Assembly: GCA_002269645.1 (NCBI GenBank)
Contig: NIVC01001679.1
Span: 187,166 to 251,165 of the forward strand
DNA: 64,000 nt
Direction: 5' to 3'
Source: Macrostomum lignano
Taxonomy: Eukaryota
In this document: piece after piece, positions 60,277-64,000 of the stretch
Numbering within the stretch: position 1 is the first letter of the stretch
Layout: each line of letters starts with the position of its first letter
Position numbers and translations under genes: made by a program
The notes under the pieces: generated by a model
What the model saw: only the letters and a program-made list of their open reading frames with translations
Database searches by the model: none
What the model was told of the DNA's origin: nothing

Positions 60277-62980
60277 TGTTTGTTTTAAAGCTTGCTGGAG
60301 CAGTTTTTACAACAAAAACACGAAGCACAATGTTATTTAAGAAGTCATTTTTTGTTTTAGACCTTAAAATAAAGACTTAGCGTTGAACGACACCAAATGC
60401 TAGTATATTAGATAAAATCGAATTCTTCTATTATGGGTGCTGTGATGTTCAGTCCATAGACAGCCACCACCTATGAACAGCTATAAATAGTTCAATGACT
60501 AATTTGCAAATTTACTTGGATAAAATGAAAAATCAAGCGCTCAATTTTCTTTAGATTAAATTGAACCCCTAAATTCAAAATGGGTTATTAAAGGCTATAT
60601 TAAAATAAAACAGTTGTTTTGTTGCTTTCTATTTTTACTTAGTTAAATATATTGATTTGAATTTTGAACTAGTAGGCCTACAAGACAATATTTAGATTTA
60701 CAAAATTAATAACAATGAACTAAAATAAAACTTATCTTGCAAGAAAAATTTGAATCCATTAGTTTGTTTTATTATTAGGATAAAATGAATTGTCCTATAG
60801 TAAGGTCTTAGCCCAAAGTCTTAGCCCATGGTATAAGTTTTTTGTCCTAAATATGCCATAATAGGAACATACAAATATAATAGACTTGTTGCTTTTAAAA
60901 AGCAAGGAAATTAAAATATATATACCCTTAGTTTCTCAACAATGTTCACATAAATTACCACATCATGTCGTTCAAAATTTGATATTCATAAAATATAGAG
61001 CATCGTGAGCATGCTTTATTTAAAAATTATTATTATTTAAGTTTTTTACACTAAAAAATTATTTATAATAGCAATAACCATAAGTGTTAAAAATCGAATC
61101 GCAGGTACAGGCCATAATTAAAAATGTTAAGTCTAGCGCAAAAGATAAGCTTAGAATTCGAACTGAAAAATGGGACACTTACGGTGTGCGGCCGGGTGTG
61201 AGCCTATATAAGCAAGTTGTAGACTTGTAGTGGTAGCGCCCTTACGCCCGCACTGCCCTTTAAAAATGGATTTTCTGATGTGAAGTTGAATTAGTGCTGT
61301 TAATAGATTACTGTGCTGATCTTGTTTAGGAATAAATTTTTAAACGGTTTATATGTAAAAAAAGACTTGTAATATATTAGTATAGGTACAATGCGTTACA
61401 TAAATAAATATAATAACCATTTTTGTTGTAACGTTACAGTTTACCTAAGTTTGGGTAGCAACGACGTTTAAAAGCTTTATTTGTAAATAATTATTGCTAA
61501 AAATAGAATATAGGTTCAAAAACACAGTGAATTAACTGCAAAACGCTTGAAAAACAATGCTCCACCCACTTTTCCACTACAACTCTTAACATTTTATTTG
61601 CACGCAAAAAATGAAAAGATCAACATGGAGCAATTTCTTTAATAGTGTGCATTGTAGCAACAATAATATTGCAGCAAGCAAAGCAAAGGCGAATGCAATT
61701 ACTCTTCTCTTTAAAAGTTACATTACAATTTAGATGTCTTGATACTTGTACAAGCACATTTAGTCTTTTAATATCGTTGACAAAAGCAAAGCAATAAAAC
61801 GCTCCAAACGTCCTTTTTATTATTTATTGTCAATATCAATTAATAATACGTTCTTTATGAAACTATCCACTGACTTGTACTATACGACTACGTAACACTC
61901 CTTTGGCAGGTTTTCTTTACCAAAGGCAAAAGAAAAAAATTCCAAGAACTAAAAACGGAAAACCAAATAAACTATTTGTGTAAGAGAAAATAAATGATTA
62001 AATGGGTCAACAAAGTCAGAGAAATACGAGCTACATAATCTATGGACTACAAGAATTACTACCGATTCAAAGCCTGAGTTTTCCATGCACATTTACCTTA
62101 CGTCGTTACCAGTCCGTGAGGAATCAAACTTCGAGGCACTTATGCATCTATAATATACATTTGCTTTCTGCAGATCACTAGCGTACGACTCTTTTTATTT
62201 TCACTGAGGCGGAAAGTCTGTCTGTGAGTGCTAAGTATAAAATGGTATTAAAATTAATTTATAAGTTGGCAGTTTGTTTGAAAATATAATAGTTTGATAC
62301 AGTTTATATTTTTTTAATTGTTTTAATATTGTATGTATCTATGACGCTTGTCTGGCGATTATTTGACACGAATGTAGTAAGGCTTTTAAACGTATAGCTC
62401 AATATTATTATTTGGAGGAGCTTCTCTTCAATACTCTCTTTCTTGCAAATTGCATAATAATTTTTGTCACTTAAAAGGTAAAGTATTGAAATATAAAAAT
62501 ATAAAATTGCCAATATGCACATAAAATAATGCTTGTTTAAAGTCATTAGCTTAGTTGTTTTTTATTCATTGGTTGAACAATAATGATGATTTAAAAAGTC
62601 AAATAGACTCGTATTAGTTGATATGATTTTACTTGGTGTCTAATTGTCATCTGCTATGGATTTTGATAAAAGTTAGCTAATTTATAAGGAAAGCGATCAG
62701 TAAATCAGTCCAATAATAATTAAATTAGAAGCAATCAATATTATTTAAGCATATTTTTTAGATATTATTCCTACTTTTGCTTTTGTGCAAGTGTATTTTC
62801 AAGTTATATTAAATTAATTTCAGGAATTTTTAAGGCTTTAATTGATAAAGTGTACTAAGCATCAAAAATAAGATTGATTAAACATATTTTTTTCGAAACA
62901 AATACTCCAGCTAGGTAAATAATTTCTAATAATTTACTCTTAATAAAATATTTATTGCAGATAATCTAATTTAATCAGAG

Positions 62981-63175
62981 ATGCCAGTCGCTAAGGACAG
63001 GCTTGGCTCGCTACAGGTGTGCAAGCTGATCCAGTGCGTTCGGGAGCGCAGCAAAGCACAGATTGACAAGCTGGTGCAGTGCGGCATACCATATTTGGTT
63101 AATTATGGCGAGCCGTACGAAGGCGAGACTGCATTGATTATTGCGGTTAAAGAGAATGACATCGATATGATTAAG
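62981..63175 (+). CDS. ANKEF1: Ankyrin repeat and EF-hand domain protein 1, first coding exon (gene continues beyond window)
   Basis: MPVAKDRLGSLQVCKLIQCVRERSKAQIDKLVQCGIPYLVNYGEPYEGETALIIAVKENDIDMIK resembles the ANKEF1 N-terminus as I recall it; donor AAG|GTGAGG at 63175. Confidence 0.82.
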
Positions 63176-63364
63176 GTGAGGCCTAGCAACTCTATGAATA
63201 CACTCCTAATATAGGGTATATTTTAAGCGAATACTTAGTTGCGACACATGCTGATGGTAAGAAGTCAATTGGTGTCGCATGTGTCCCAATCCCAGCGGGT
63301 GTAAGCCAGGATTTTTCATTGAGGCTGTAATGCTTTTTGGTGGCTGGGCCTTTTCAGTTGAGGT

Positions 63365-63912
63365 CTGGCGCCATTTTATTTGAGGTGTGTTGTGGCGCCA
63401 TTTCATTTGAGGTGTGGCGCCATTTCATTTGAGGTGTGGCGCTATTTAACTTATAAATGTGTGGTGTGGCGCCATTTCATTTGAGGTGTGGTGTGGCGCC
63501 ATTTCATTTGAGATGTGTTGTGGCGCCATTTCATTTAAGGTGTGGTGTGGCGCCATTTCATTTGGTGTGTGTTGTGGCGCCATTTTATTTGAGGTGTGGC
63601 GCCATTTAACTTGAGGTGTGGTGTGGCGCCATTTCATTTGATGTGTGTTGTGGCGCTATTTCATTTGAGGTGTGGTGTGGCGCCATTTCATTTGAGATGT
63701 GTTGTGGCGCCTTTTGATTTGAGGTGTGTTGTGGCGCCATTTCATTTGAGATGTGTTGTGGCGCCATTTCATTTGAGGTGTGTGTTGTGGCGCCATTTCA
63801 TTTAAGGTGTGGTTTGGCGCCATTTCATTTGGGGTGTGTTGTGGCGCTATTTTATTTGAGGTGTGTTGTGGCGCCATTTCATTTGGGGTGTGTTGTGGCG
63901 CCATTTCATTTG
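63365..63912. repeat. 22-27-bp minisatellite (GCGCCATTTCATTTGAGGTGTG[TTGTG])n in ANKEF1 intron 1
   Basis: Direct. Confidence 0.92.
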
Positions 63913-64000
63913 AGCGAGGGAAAGTGATTTGATTTAAAGTGAAATTAAAAATGTTTGCCCATATAAATTTTCTAGATTTAAAAATGATATTTGCTCCCGC

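Overview
Eukaryotic (animal) genomic DNA with GC-rich spliced exons, AT-rich spacers and a tandem repeat in most introns. The style is consistent with a free-living flatworm such as Macrostomum, but this is inference and cannot be verified from the window. Left to right: a secreted-lectin cluster (two inverted PAN-like + fibrinogen-domain paralogues, a third fragment, and a PAN + C-type lectin gene); a full-length Ginger1 DNA transposon (TGTTA termini, CCGG TSD, one frameshift); nested degenerate LINEs with a tRNA-derived SINE; a 4-exon peroxidasin-like gene lacking LRR/vWC; a ~6.3 kb (TATC)n array; a 7-exon SLC6 transporter; co-oriented MFSD1 and SLC37A3 lysosomal transporters; FAM221B; and exon 1 of ANKEF1. 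Best leads: (i) one PAN-like module fused to two different recognition domains, with variation concentrated in the ligand-binding region; (ii) a triple heat-shock-element promoter that could drive MFSD1(-SLC37A3), with a tandem CLEAR-site array nearby; (iii) the Ginger1 element; (iv) a tripartite SINE/intron/SINE chimera. All exon models were built by hand from splice signals and frame continuity, and tandem-array boundaries are approximate.
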